Below, piece after piece: positions 9,341 through 18,204 of a DNA stretch of 26,780 nt. The DNA is taken from positions 1-26,780 of the forward strand of contig JANRIL010000009.1 in assembly GCA_033764955.1 (NCBI GenBank), given 5' to 3'. The notes beneath the pieces were generated by a model. It saw only the letters and a list, made by a program, of their open reading frames with translations. It was not told where the DNA came from and searched no databases. Source of the DNA: Cyanobacteriota bacterium. GTDB lineage: Bacteria > Cyanobacteriota > Cyanobacteriia > Thermostichales > Thermostichaceae. Within the stretch, counting starts at the first letter, position 1, and each line of letters opens with the position of its first letter. The position numbers and the translations under genes were made by a program.

Positions 9341-9343
9341 GGA

Positions 9344-10075
9344 TTAGGGATCCTCTGTCCTTGGGGGAGCTTGCAGGCTGAAGAGGGCTTGCCGTGCGGC
9401 CATCATCTCCGCCGTCTTTTTGGAGGATCCCTCCCCTCGCCCCCGTAGGGATCCCTTCACCCACACCGTGACCTCAAACCAGGGGGGATGCTCCTGGGAA
9501 CGGCTTAAGCGATAGTCGGGTAGCTGGCTCCATTGTCGCTGGGTCAATTCTTGGAGAGCCGCCTTGGGGTTACCCCGCACCGGATCGGCCAGCAGTTTGT
9601 GCGCCCGTTCCTGCATGATCGGATCCAGCCACGGGTGAAGCCGTGCGATGGTTCGTTCCTGCCAGCTTAAATAGAGGGATCCCAACACCGCCTCCAGAGC
9701 ATCGGCCAGCCGCCGTGGTCGTCCTTTGCGATCCTGGTGCGCCCCAGATCCGAGGGCAAGAAACAACTCCAGCCCATAGCGATCGGCAATCTCAGCTAAA
9801 AAAGCATCACTGACCAGATCCGAGCGGATCTCAGAAAGATCACCCACCGACCGATCTGGAAAATAGCGATAGAGACATTCTGTGACGACAATCCGCAAAA
9901 CGGCATCCCCCAAAAACTCCAGACGATCATTATTGATCTGGCTATCTAAAGAAGGATGCACCAATGCCTGATCGAGCAGCAGCCAGTTCACCTCCTCCCC
10001 ATAGCGGGATAATCCTAACCGGGAGAGTAACTTTTCCAACGCTTGCCGACGAGCAGGCAACAGAGCAGTCATCAT
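9344..10075 (-). CDS. rnc: Ribonuclease III
   Basis: NDRLEFLGDAVL signature, ADALEAVLGSLYL, C-terminal dsRBD (PKAALQELTQ...GEGSSKKTAEMMAA). Confidence 0.95.
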   Translation of the reverse strand: MMTALLPARRQALEKLLSRLGLSRYGEEVNWLLLDQALVHPSLDSQINNDRLEFLGDAVLRIVVTECLYRYFPDRSVGDLSEIRSDLVSDAFLAEIADRYGLELFLALGSGAHQDRKGRPRRLADALEAVLGSLYLSWQERTIARLHPWLDPIMQERAHKLLADPVRGNPKAALQELTQRQWSQLPDYRLSRSQEHPPWFEVTVWVKGSLRGRGEGSSKKTAEMMAARQALFSLQAPPRTEDP

Positions 10076-10123
10076 TCACTTATTCACCTTCTCAGTCTTT
10101 GCCATCTCAATCTTTGGGCATGG

Positions 10124-11914
10124 TTAAGCAAGGGTATCTTCTAGCTTATCAATCAGAGACTCTGTGTAATCTAGGGCTTGACTGATGGTTGCGGGATCCG
10201 CCAGATCAATGCCCACGGTTTGGAGAGCCTGTTCGGGGCTACGGGATCCCCCCATATCCAGCAACTTGAGATATTTGGGCACAAAATCCTTGCCCGTTAT
10301 TTTGTATTGCTGATAGCAGGCAATAGCAACCACAAAGCTGAGGGTATAGTTGTAGCAATAAAAAGGCTTAAAGAAGATATGCCCAATTCTCGCCCAGTCA
10401 TATTGATGTTCGGGCAACAACTCAACGGCATCTCCACACAAATCCTGGTAGATTTTTAGCCATTCTTCGTTAATAAAATCATGGTCAAAGCTACCGTGGG
10501 TTGCCCGTTGATGCAAAGTCAGCTCTAGGCGACTAATCGTGCTTTGCCGGAATAGAAGATTCAGTTGATCTTCTAGTTGTTGGGTCAATAGTGCTTGCAG
10601 TAGCTCACTATCTTTGCTTTGTTTGAGCAAATAATCTAGGAGCAGCAACTCATTAAATGTAGAGGCAATCTCAGCCAACACCATGGGGGGATCACTATTC
10701 AAATAAGAGCGACGTGCTCGAATTCGTTCAAAGTGTAGACCATGCCCCAATTCATGAGCTAGCGTAAACAGATCATGATAGGTATCGGTATAGGAAAGCA
10801 GCAAATAACTGTGCAACCCATTCACATAGGCACAGAAAGCTCCCCCTCGCTTGCCGGGGCGTACCCGCGCATCCACCCATTGCTTCTCAAAAAAGGGCTT
10901 GGCTTGCTCGGCATAGTCACTACTAAACTCCCGCAATGCCTGCATGAGAATAGCAACTCCATCCTCATAGGTAATCGGGGGAGCCGCACTTGACCAGGGG
11001 GCATACAGGTCGCAAATCCGTACGGAACGCCCCATGCTACGCCCCTTCAGCCGATAGTAGCGTTGAAATAAGTCAAATCGATCGCGGGTTCCCTCCATGA
11101 GGGCTTCAAAAATAGGCAACGAAACCTCATCCACCAACAGTTGCTTGGCTAGGGTAGAGTCATAGCCCCGCCGACCGGACTCTAGGCGGTGATCTTGGAT
11201 GATTGTGTTCAAGATATAGCCATAGAGGGGGTTGTGGTTCGCCAACACCTGCCGGATGGCTCGATAGCCCGCTAAACGAACCTCCGGTTGAGGATGATAG
11301 AGCAGGGATCCCAATTCTGACTCGGTGCTGACGGTTTTGCCCTCCGGTGTTGTTACTGCCGGATAGGACTGCCCCCCTAAGTGCACTTCCCGCAATTTAA
11401 TAAAAGCTTCCCGGCCTGTCAGGGCGGCCTGGTTAAGGGTTTGTTCAACCGATTCTTCAAGCTGATGGGAACGAAGAGCCGCCAATCGACTCAAAAAGTG
11501 TTTATAGCTGGCTAGACTCGCATCGTTGGCTAGCCTAGCGAAATCGGTGGGGGGCATTTGCTGCAATTCGAGGTTAAAAAACAGCAGTTGGTTGCCGACA
11601 TCGGTGAGGACTTCTTGCACCTGGTCATAAAACTGCTTGGCTTGGCTATCCCGTGTGTCAGCGGAAAAGCGCAGCATGGGATAGGAATAAATTTTTAGAC
11701 TTTGCTCATGGATGGCCTCCATTTCCTGCAAAGCTGCCCCTACCCCCCCAGGGCTGAGGGAAGAAACTTGGCGATGATAACGGGTGCGAAAGTCGCGGGC
11801 ACGTTCTTGAACCGCCGCCAAGTCTTGGGCAAATTGGGGATCCCGAAAGTTGGCGTAGAGATCGGAGAGGTCCCAATCTTGGTCAAGATGTTCAGCAGTC
11901 TGGGGCAGAGCCAC
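10124..11914 (-). CDS. M3B oligoendopeptidase F family
   Basis: WDLSDLY at the N-terminus, RPGKRGGAFC, TLAHELGHGLH (HExxH), LAEIASTFNE, WARIGH, FYCYNY. Confidence 0.92.
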   Translation of the reverse strand: MALPQTAEHLDQDWDLSDLYANFRDPQFAQDLAAVQERARDFRTRYHRQVSSLSPGGVGAALQEMEAIHEQSLKIYSYPMLRFSADTRDSQAKQFYDQVQEVLTDVGNQLLFFNLELQQMPPTDFARLANDASLASYKHFLSRLAALRSHQLEESVEQTLNQAALTGREAFIKLREVHLGGQSYPAVTTPEGKTVSTESELGSLLYHPQPEVRLAGYRAIRQVLANHNPLYGYILNTIIQDHRLESGRRGYDSTLAKQLLVDEVSLPIFEALMEGTRDRFDLFQRYYRLKGRSMGRSVRICDLYAPWSSAAPPITYEDGVAILMQALREFSSDYAEQAKPFFEKQWVDARVRPGKRGGAFCAYVNGLHSYLLLSYTDTYHDLFTLAHELGHGLHFERIRARRSYLNSDPPMVLAEIASTFNELLLLDYLLKQSKDSELLQALLTQQLEDQLNLLFRQSTISRLELTLHQRATHGSFDHDFINEEWLKIYQDLCGDAVELLPEHQYDWARIGHIFFKPFYCYNYTLSFVVAIACYQQYKITGKDFVPKYLKLLDMGGSRSPEQALQTVGIDLADPATISQALDYTESLIDKLEDTLA

Positions 11915-12111
11915 CGCAGGCTTCCTCCAATGAAAATAGGATCACTCTAATCTATGGCTCCGAGAGATGCAAATGATGGTTGAAGGATCCCTAGGTCAAT
12001 CCCCCACAAAAGCTATCTGTGTCCGGTAAGCGGGACTGTTGCTGTTGTTTTTAGACTCCTCGATGACCAGCTCTGATGGGCAGAAGCGATCCCCTGGCGG
12101 TTCGAGAAAAA

Positions 12112-12153
12112 GTATTCTAAGCTACTCAAAATCCCCGTTTAGCCAGCTAAGTT
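12112..12153 (+). promoter_or_regulatory. NtcA-activated promoter (GTA-N8-TAC-N22-TAN3T)
   Basis: GTATTCTAAGCTAC at 12112-12125, exactly 22 nt spacer, TAAGTT at 12148-12153, upstream of the ABC operon. Confidence 0.65.
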
Positions 12154-12219
12154 GAGGGGCACATTTCCACTTAAGCCAGCATCTTAGCGGCAGCAGCGTT
12201 GCACAAGGAGTTGATACCC

Positions 12220-13266
12220 ATGTCGATCCTCTATGGTTCCGCGAAAGGAGAAACCCTCCGTCGTCGTACCTTTTTACTCCGTTCAGGGGCGGTGGCGGTG
12301 GGTTTGACCACAACTGCTTTCCTTACCCCGCGCTCTCAAGCCCAATCGGAAAAGCTCAAGGTGGCGGGGGTCTATACCGTTCCGATTGAGCAGCAGTGGG
12401 TCAGCCGCATTCATCAAGCCCTCAAGGCCGCTGAGGCACGGGGAGATATCGAATACAAATGGTCGGAATCCATTTCCAATACCGACTATCCACGGGTAAT
12501 GCGCCAGTATGCCGAAGAAGGCGCTCAACTGTTGGTGGGAGAAGTGTTTGGGGTCGAAAAAGAAGCCCGCACTGTGGCTCAAGACTATCCTGCCATCAGC
12601 TTTTTGATGGGATCTAGCCTCAAACCCGATCCGCAACTGGCCAATTTTTCGGTGTTTGATAATTACATCCACGAGCCATCCTTTTTGACGGGCATGGTGG
12701 CGGGTGGACTCACCCAATCGAATGTGATTGGCATGGTGGGTGGGTATCCGATTCCCGAAGTGAATCGCCTGATGCAGGCTTTTATGGAAGGAGCCAAGGA
12801 AGTCAACCCTGACGTAAAATTTTTGGTGAACTTTATTGGCAGTTGGTTTGATCCCCCCAAGGCCAAAGAGGCCGCTTTTGCTCAGATTGATGCCGGAGCC
12901 GATATTTTGTATGCCGAACGCTTTGGTGTTTCGGATGCCGCCAAAGAACGGAAAATCTTGGCAATTGGCAATGTTATTAATACCCAGCCCGATTATCCCG
13001 AAACGGTGGTAGCCAGCGCCCTTTGGCACATGGAACCAACCATTGATAAAGCGATTGCGGCGGTGAAAGCCGGAGCTTTCAAAGCGGAAGACTATGGGGT
13101 GTATAGCATGATGAAATATGGCGGATCCAGCTTGGCTCCCTGGGGAACCTTTGCTGACAAAATCCCTGCCGACTTAAAGGCTAAGGTCGAGGAGCGGCAA
13201 AAGCAAATTTTGGCTGGGGAATTTACGGTTGCCATCAACGATAACGAACCCAAGTCTACGGTATGA
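12220..13266 (+). CDS. BMP family ABC transporter substrate-binding protein (nucleoside/purine type) with Tat signal
   Basis: AAGGAG RBS at 12205-12210, twin-arginine RRRTFLL signal, and BMP motifs IGMVGGYPIPEV, FIGSWFDPPKAKEAA, GADILY. Confidence 0.9.
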   Translation: MSILYGSAKGETLRRRTFLLRSGAVAVGLTTTAFLTPRSQAQSEKLKVAGVYTVPIEQQWVSRIHQALKAAEARGDIEYKWSESISNTDYPRVMRQYAEEGAQLLVGEVFGVEKEARTVAQDYPAISFLMGSSLKPDPQLANFSVFDNYIHEPSFLTGMVAGGLTQSNVIGMVGGYPIPEVNRLMQAFMEGAKEVNPDVKFLVNFIGSWFDPPKAKEAAFAQIDAGADILYAERFGVSDAAKERKILAIGNVINTQPDYPETVVASALWHMEPTIDKAIAAVKAGAFKAEDYGVYSMMKYGGSSLAPWGTFADKIPADLKAKVEERQKQILAGEFTVAINDNEPKSTV

Positions 13267-14861
13267 CGGGGTGGAGTGCCCCATCGGCATCCCCGGCTGG
13301 AGGGGAGGAGGTCTTAGCTCTAGAAGGGATCAGCAAGCGTTTTGGATCCCTATTGGCTAATGATCAGATTCGCTTAACCCTGCGGGCAGGGCAGGTATTG
13401 GCCTTGCTCGGAGAAAATGGGGCGGGCAAAACCACCCTGATGAACATCCTGTTTGGTCACTATCGAGCCGATCAGGGCACGATTCGCGTCATGGGGCAGC
13501 CCCTCGTGGCGGGATCCCCGGCGGCGGCGATTGCGGCGGGAATTGGCATGGTTCACCAGCGGTTTGCCCTAGCGGAGAACCTGTCGGTGCTCGACAACAT
13601 TGTGGTGGGCACTCAACCCCTCTGGCGACCTTGGTTACAAAAGCGACAGGCTCTGCACAAGCTGCAAACTCTCGCCAACAGCTTCGGCTTAGCCGTGGAT
13701 CCCCAGGCTAGGGTGGGGGATCTGACGGTGGGAGAGCAGCAACGGGTGGAGATTTTGAAGGTGTTATACCGGGATGCTCGCCTGCTCATTCTGGATGAAC
13801 CAACCGCGGTTTTGACCCCCCAGGAAACCCATCAACTCTTTACTACCTTGCGTCGCTTGACGGCAGAGGGACTCTCCATCATTCTCATCTCTCACAAATT
13901 GCAGGAGGTGATGCAGGTCAGTGATCGGATTGTCGTGCTGCGGGCAGGGCGGGTGGTGGCGGATGTAGATACGTCCTCAACTACCCCCGAACAACTGGCA
14001 GGGTGGATGGTTGGTCAGCAGGTGCCTCCGCTGGTCAAGCTGCCTTTGGTGGCTGGGGATCCGGTTTTACAACTGAAGCAAGTCACGGCTCAAGGATCCT
14101 CCCCACAGCCCATTCAGGATCTCTCCCTCACCTTGTACCGCTCACAAATCGTGGGGATCGCCGGGGTCGCGGGGAATGGGCAGACCACCTTAGCCAACCT
14201 GCTCTGTGGGTTGATCCCTCCCTTGGCTGGAGAGTTTTGTTTGTGGGGAAGGGTGGTATCGTGGCCTTCCCCTCGTGGGATGGTGCAAGAGGGCATGGCG
14301 CGGATCCCAGAGGATCGTCACCAAATGGGGGTAATGGGATCCCTGAGCATTGAGGAGAATCTCCTGGCTGAGCGCTATTGGCATCCCACCTTTTCTCGTT
14401 GGGGTTTTCGACGATCCAAGCGAATTCGGGAACAGGCGCTGGCTTGGATGCAGCAGTATGATGTGCGTTGTCCCCAAGCGGACGGATCGAAAGCGCTGCA
14501 CCTGCCGATCCAGCTTTTGTCGGGGGGCAATATGCAGAAGGTGATTCTGGCACGGGGGCTGGCGGAGAATCCACCGATTATTGTGGCGCATCAACCCACC
14601 CGTGGTCTGGATCTGGGGGCAGTGGCCTATGTGCATCAGCAGTTGTTGGCAGCACGGGAGGCAGGGGCGGCAATTCTGTTGATTTCGGAGGATTTGGATG
14701 AGCTGCTCCGTTTGGCGGATCGGATCGGGGTGATGGTGCGTGGTCGCCTTTCTCCCCCTGTGCCGGTGGCGCAAACATCTGTGCAAGAACTGGGATTACG
14801 GATGGCGGGTCAACCGGAGAGGGTCACCTCAGTTGCAGGAGGGGGGGGGAATGCAGATTGA
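13263..14861 (+). CDS. ABC transporter ATP-binding protein (CUT2/nucleoside type, duplicated NBD)
   Basis: GENGAGKT Walker A, LILDEPT, second NBD GVAGNGQ and LSGGNMQK. ATGA overlap with the upstream gene. Confidence 0.95.
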   Translation: MTGWSAPSASPAGGEEVLALEGISKRFGSLLANDQIRLTLRAGQVLALLGENGAGKTTLMNILFGHYRADQGTIRVMGQPLVAGSPAAAIAAGIGMVHQRFALAENLSVLDNIVVGTQPLWRPWLQKRQALHKLQTLANSFGLAVDPQARVGDLTVGEQQRVEILKVLYRDARLLILDEPTAVLTPQETHQLFTTLRRLTAEGLSIILISHKLQEVMQVSDRIVVLRAGRVVADVDTSSTTPEQLAGWMVGQQVPPLVKLPLVAGDPVLQLKQVTAQGSSPQPIQDLSLTLYRSQIVGIAGVAGNGQTTLANLLCGLIPPLAGEFCLWGRVVSWPSPRGMVQEGMARIPEDRHQMGVMGSLSIEENLLAERYWHPTFSRWGFRRSKRIREQALAWMQQYDVRCPQADGSKALHLPIQLLSGGNMQKVILARGLAENPPIIVAHQPTRGLDLGAVAYVHQQLLAAREAGAAILLISEDLDELLRLADRIGVMVRGRLSPPVPVAQTSVQELGLRMAGQPERVTSVAGGGGNAD

Positions 14862-15912
14862 AGCCAGAGAGTCAGTTGCCCTTTGGCAGGTGGTGCTGGC
14901 TCCACTGGCTGCTGTCCTAATGGCTTTGGCGTTGTGCAGCCTTTTGATTGTCTGGACGGGATCCTCAGTGGGTGCGGCTTACCTCGCCCTTTGGCAGGGG
15001 GGAGTGGGATCCCGTTTTGCCCTGACGGAAACCTTGACCCGAGCCACCCCCCTCATCTTGACAGGATTGGCGGTGGCGGTGGCCTTTCGGGCGAAGTTGT
15101 GGAATATCGGTGCGGAAGGCCAGTTTTATGCCGGAGCCTTGGCGGCAACACTGCTGGGATCCGGTGCCATCACTGCCCCTGCTTGGTTGTTGATCCCCCT
15201 GCTGCTGGCGGCGGGAGCCGGAGCGGGCGGACTGCTCTTGGGGATCCCGGCCTGGTTGAAGGTGCGCTTTCGGGTGGATGAGGTGGTGACCACCCTCCTC
15301 CTCAATTTCATTGTGCTGCTGGCGGTGAGCTATTTGCTGGAGGGACCACTTAAGGATCCCCTCGCACTGGGTTGGCCGCAGGCGCGCCCGATTATGGCCA
15401 CCGGGGTATTGCCGAAACTGATGGAGCGAACTCGCCTACATGGAGGGCTGCTACTGGCACTGGCGGCAGCGGGGTTAATCTGGGGGATCAACCGCCTGAC
15501 CATTTGGGGCTATGAGATGAAAGCGGTGGGATCCAACCCTGAGGCGGCGGCATTTTTGGGGATCCCGGTGCATCGCGTGATTTTGTATACCTCTTTGCTG
15601 AGCGGTGGATTGGCGGGATTGGCGGGAGTGAGTGAGGTGACTGGATTGAAGGGCTATCTCACCCTGGATCTCTCCCCTGGATTTGGCTACAGCGGTATTG
15701 TTGTAGCGATGCTGGCTCAACAACACCCTTTAGGAGTCGTGGCGGCAGCAGTGTTTATTGCGGGCATCTATGTGGGAGCCGACAGCATGAGCCGGAGCTT
15801 GGGGGTGCCCACCTATTTAGCAGATGTAATCGTAGCTACTGCCCTCCTCGGCATGTTAGTGAGTAGCTGGTTAACCCATTACCGGATTCGCTGGGAGAAA
15901 AAGCGTGATTGA
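14851..15912 (+). CDS. ABC transporter permease
   Basis: ATPLILTGLAVAVAFRAKLWNIGAEGQ, GFGYSGIVVAML, multiple TM helices. ATG at 14851. Confidence 0.92.
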   Translation: MQIEARESVALWQVVLAPLAAVLMALALCSLLIVWTGSSVGAAYLALWQGGVGSRFALTETLTRATPLILTGLAVAVAFRAKLWNIGAEGQFYAGALAATLLGSGAITAPAWLLIPLLLAAGAGAGGLLLGIPAWLKVRFRVDEVVTTLLLNFIVLLAVSYLLEGPLKDPLALGWPQARPIMATGVLPKLMERTRLHGGLLLALAAAGLIWGINRLTIWGYEMKAVGSNPEAAAFLGIPVHRVILYTSLLSGGLAGLAGVSEVTGLKGYLTLDLSPGFGYSGIVVAMLAQQHPLGVVAAAVFIAGIYVGADSMSRSLGVPTYLADVIVATALLGMLVSSWLTHYRIRWEKKRD

Positions 15913-16843
15913 GCTATTCTTCTCCGTCAGCTTTTGGGTAGCAACGCTACGGATTGCGACCCCCTTGATTTTTGGCACGTTAGGGGAATTACTCTGCGAA
16001 CGAGCCGGAGTCCTTAATTTGGGGATCGAAGGCATCATGACGATGGGGGCAATGGTGGGCTGGCTGAGCGTCTATCAGGGGGCAGGGCTATGGGGGGGAG
16101 TTGTAGCGGCAGCGGTGGCGGGAGCGGTGGCGGGTTTTCTCCACAGCGCCTTGACGGTGCGTTTGGGCTTATCTCAGCATGTGACAGGCATTGGCATTAC
16201 CCTACTCAGCACCAATCTGGCCTATTTTGGCTATCGCATGGTTTTGCCGGAGGTTTCCTCTCCCCCCAAAATTATTCCTTTTGGAGATTATCCCTTGCCG
16301 GGGCTGTCCAAAATTCCCGTTCTGGGAGAAATCCTCTTTCAACAGCCTCCCCTCACCTATGGGGCAGTCTGTCTAGTGGTAGCAGTGGGCTATGGACTCT
16401 ACCACACACCGTTGGGGTTAGCCGTTCGCATGGTTGGAGAAAATCCCCAGGCGGCTGAGGCGCAAGGGATCCCTGTTTATGGGGTGCGGAGTGGGGCGGT
16501 GGTGGTCGGTAGTGCCCTGATGGGGGTGGCGGGAGCGTTTCTCACCTTATCGGCATTTGATGCGTTTTTTTTTAATATCGTCAATGGGCGGGGCTGGATT
16601 TGTATTGCCCTCGTGGTATTTGCCTCCTGGCAGCCCTACAAAGCATTGGCAGGTGCCCTCCTTTTTGCCGGATTTGATGCGCTGCAACTGCGTCTGCAAC
16701 AAATCTGGGGAGGCGGGATCCCCTATCAATTTTTCTTGATGCTGCCCTATCTGCTGAGCATTGTTGCCTTGGTGCTGGTATCTCGGCAATCCCGCTCCCC
16801 GCAAGCACTATTACTGCCCTTCCGCAAAGGAGAACGGACGTAA
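15905..16843 (+). CDS. ABC transporter permease
   Basis: ERAGVLNLGIEG, VGENPQAA, GRGWICIALVVF, MLPYLLSI. Confidence 0.92.
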   Translation: MIELFFSVSFWVATLRIATPLIFGTLGELLCERAGVLNLGIEGIMTMGAMVGWLSVYQGAGLWGGVVAAAVAGAVAGFLHSALTVRLGLSQHVTGIGITLLSTNLAYFGYRMVLPEVSSPPKIIPFGDYPLPGLSKIPVLGEILFQQPPLTYGAVCLVVAVGYGLYHTPLGLAVRMVGENPQAAEAQGIPVYGVRSGAVVVGSALMGVAGAFLTLSAFDAFFFNIVNGRGWICIALVVFASWQPYKALAGALLFAGFDALQLRLQQIWGGGIPYQFFLMLPYLLSIVALVLVSRQSRSPQALLLPFRKGERT

Positions 16844-17016
16844 TCATTTCTTCTATCGCTAGGCTTACTCGGACATGCGGATTCCCCTCAAACAATCCGA
16901 GCATGGATCATCTAGTGTGAATGGGCTGATGTACAGAAGTAATCATCACAACATCGTGAGGCAGAACCATTCGTCCTTCTTCATCTTGATGTTGTTTAAG
17001 GTAGTAACCGAATATC

Positions 17017-17135
17017 TATAGCAATCCTGCGAGGAATGTGAGAGATTTTATTCCCCTTTCCCTGTGAGAGGGAACTAGGAGTTCGGTGCCGTTCACTGAA
17101 CTTTAGTGAACATTCCTTAATTTGTAGGGGCTATA
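17017..17135. repeat. Second MITE-like inverted-repeat element
   Basis: Begins TATAGCAATC like the element at 1952 and ends GCTATA. Inner IR AGGAATGT/ACATTCCT and internal hairpin GTTCACTGAA-C-TTTAGTGAAC. Confidence 0.5.
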
Positions 17136-17193
17136 CCATATTTTTCATGGGCATTTTTTCACGTTGTCTTCTAGCAACCAAGCCATAGCAAAA

Positions 17194-17982
17194 CTATTCA
17201 TCCTGGCTTCTTGACTGCTGACTCATAAGATAAAGTTCGATATCAGAAATTCTCAACTCTAGCTCTGTGAGACGGTTTTCAATGTTATCAAATGTTTTAG
17301 ATCCTAAACTAGGAGGCTTGTGCATTAGCCACTTTCCCTGAAAATGCTTAAATGGAATACTTTGCTCTTTAGAAAACTGATTAACGGCACAAATAACTCC
17401 ATACCATCCCGGATCCCAGTCATCACCAAAGATAATTCCATTTGGTTTAAGAAGCTTCCAATAGTGACTAATATCTTGGAAGACACTTTCCTCATCATAT
17501 CCTGCATCAATATAAATTAAATCAGATTGCACATCAAAGGCAGCTAAATATTTAGAAGCGATCGTACTCGTATTAGGGATCGGAATAATATAGTCTTGTA
17601 ATTCTAAATGTGAGACATTAGCTAAAAACTGAAAATATAATGTTGGATATCCATTCTGTAGTGATTTTGTAAATTGTTCTCGAGAGAAATCATCCGTTCG
17701 CATTAGATGCTCAATACCCCCTAGCCAAGTATCAACACAAATGATTATGCTGTCCAGTGATTTTTCTCTAAGTAACGATGCCATATGTAGAGCTGAAGCA
17801 CCTTTCCATGTGCCAACCTCAATAATTACCTTTGGCTCTGTTGTCGTAATAAGTTTCTCAAAAATGGGATGGTGACTTCCCCATCCTTGCAGGTCTAGAG
17901 GGTACTGATTCGGATGAAAATGATCATACGGATCCGGCAAACGCAACCTTTCTCGCCACTCTTTAATTAACTGACTCATCAT
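17194..17982 (-). CDS. Class I SAM-dependent methyltransferase (Methyltransf_24-like)
   Basis: IIEVGTWKGASA motif I, ICVDTW, DLIYIDAG, LLKPNGIIFGDDW. Visibly AT-rich. Start could be 18018, 17982 or 17979. Confidence 0.88.
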   Translation of the reverse strand: MMSQLIKEWRERLRLPDPYDHFHPNQYPLDLQGWGSHHPIFEKLITTTEPKVIIEVGTWKGASALHMASLLREKSLDSIIICVDTWLGGIEHLMRTDDFSREQFTKSLQNGYPTLYFQFLANVSHLELQDYIIPIPNTSTIASKYLAAFDVQSDLIYIDAGYDEESVFQDISHYWKLLKPNGIIFGDDWDPGWYGVICAVNQFSKEQSIPFKHFQGKWLMHKPPSLGSKTFDNIENRLTELELRISDIELYLMSQQSRSQDE

Positions 17983-18204
17983 CAAACCCTTCTGGAACTT
18001 AGTTTGATTCTCCCTCAATCGCTTCTAATGAAAGCGAAGTTTACTAAATTATTTGGATTTCGGTTGTTGGGTATGGGTCGCGCGAGCCATAAGACTTTTT
18101 GTTCGCTTCGGCAAGAGGGATCCTTAGGGAAGGAAACTGGTGATGGCCTGCTTACTTCCCAGTCAGAGGACGTCTCTTCAACAAAACCTAGTTTCACCCA
18201 GCCA

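Noticed and set aside
9337..9350. TTAGGGA x2 at the LysR/rnc junction as a target-site duplication
   Set aside because: No matching copy at the other side of the cassette, and too short to be significant.
11930..12200. Possible purine or guanidine riboswitch upstream of the ABC operon
   Set aside because: No recognisable aptamer consensus by eye; the NtcA promoter explains the region. An Rfam scan would settle it.
12283..13029. 248-aa minus-strand ORF
   Set aside because: Antisense shadow of the BMP binding-protein gene with no recognisable motifs.
14841..14849. G9 tract as a phase-variation switch
   Set aside because: It lies in the last codons of the ATPase and the RBS spacer of the permease, so slippage would have little coding effect; no evidence of variation.
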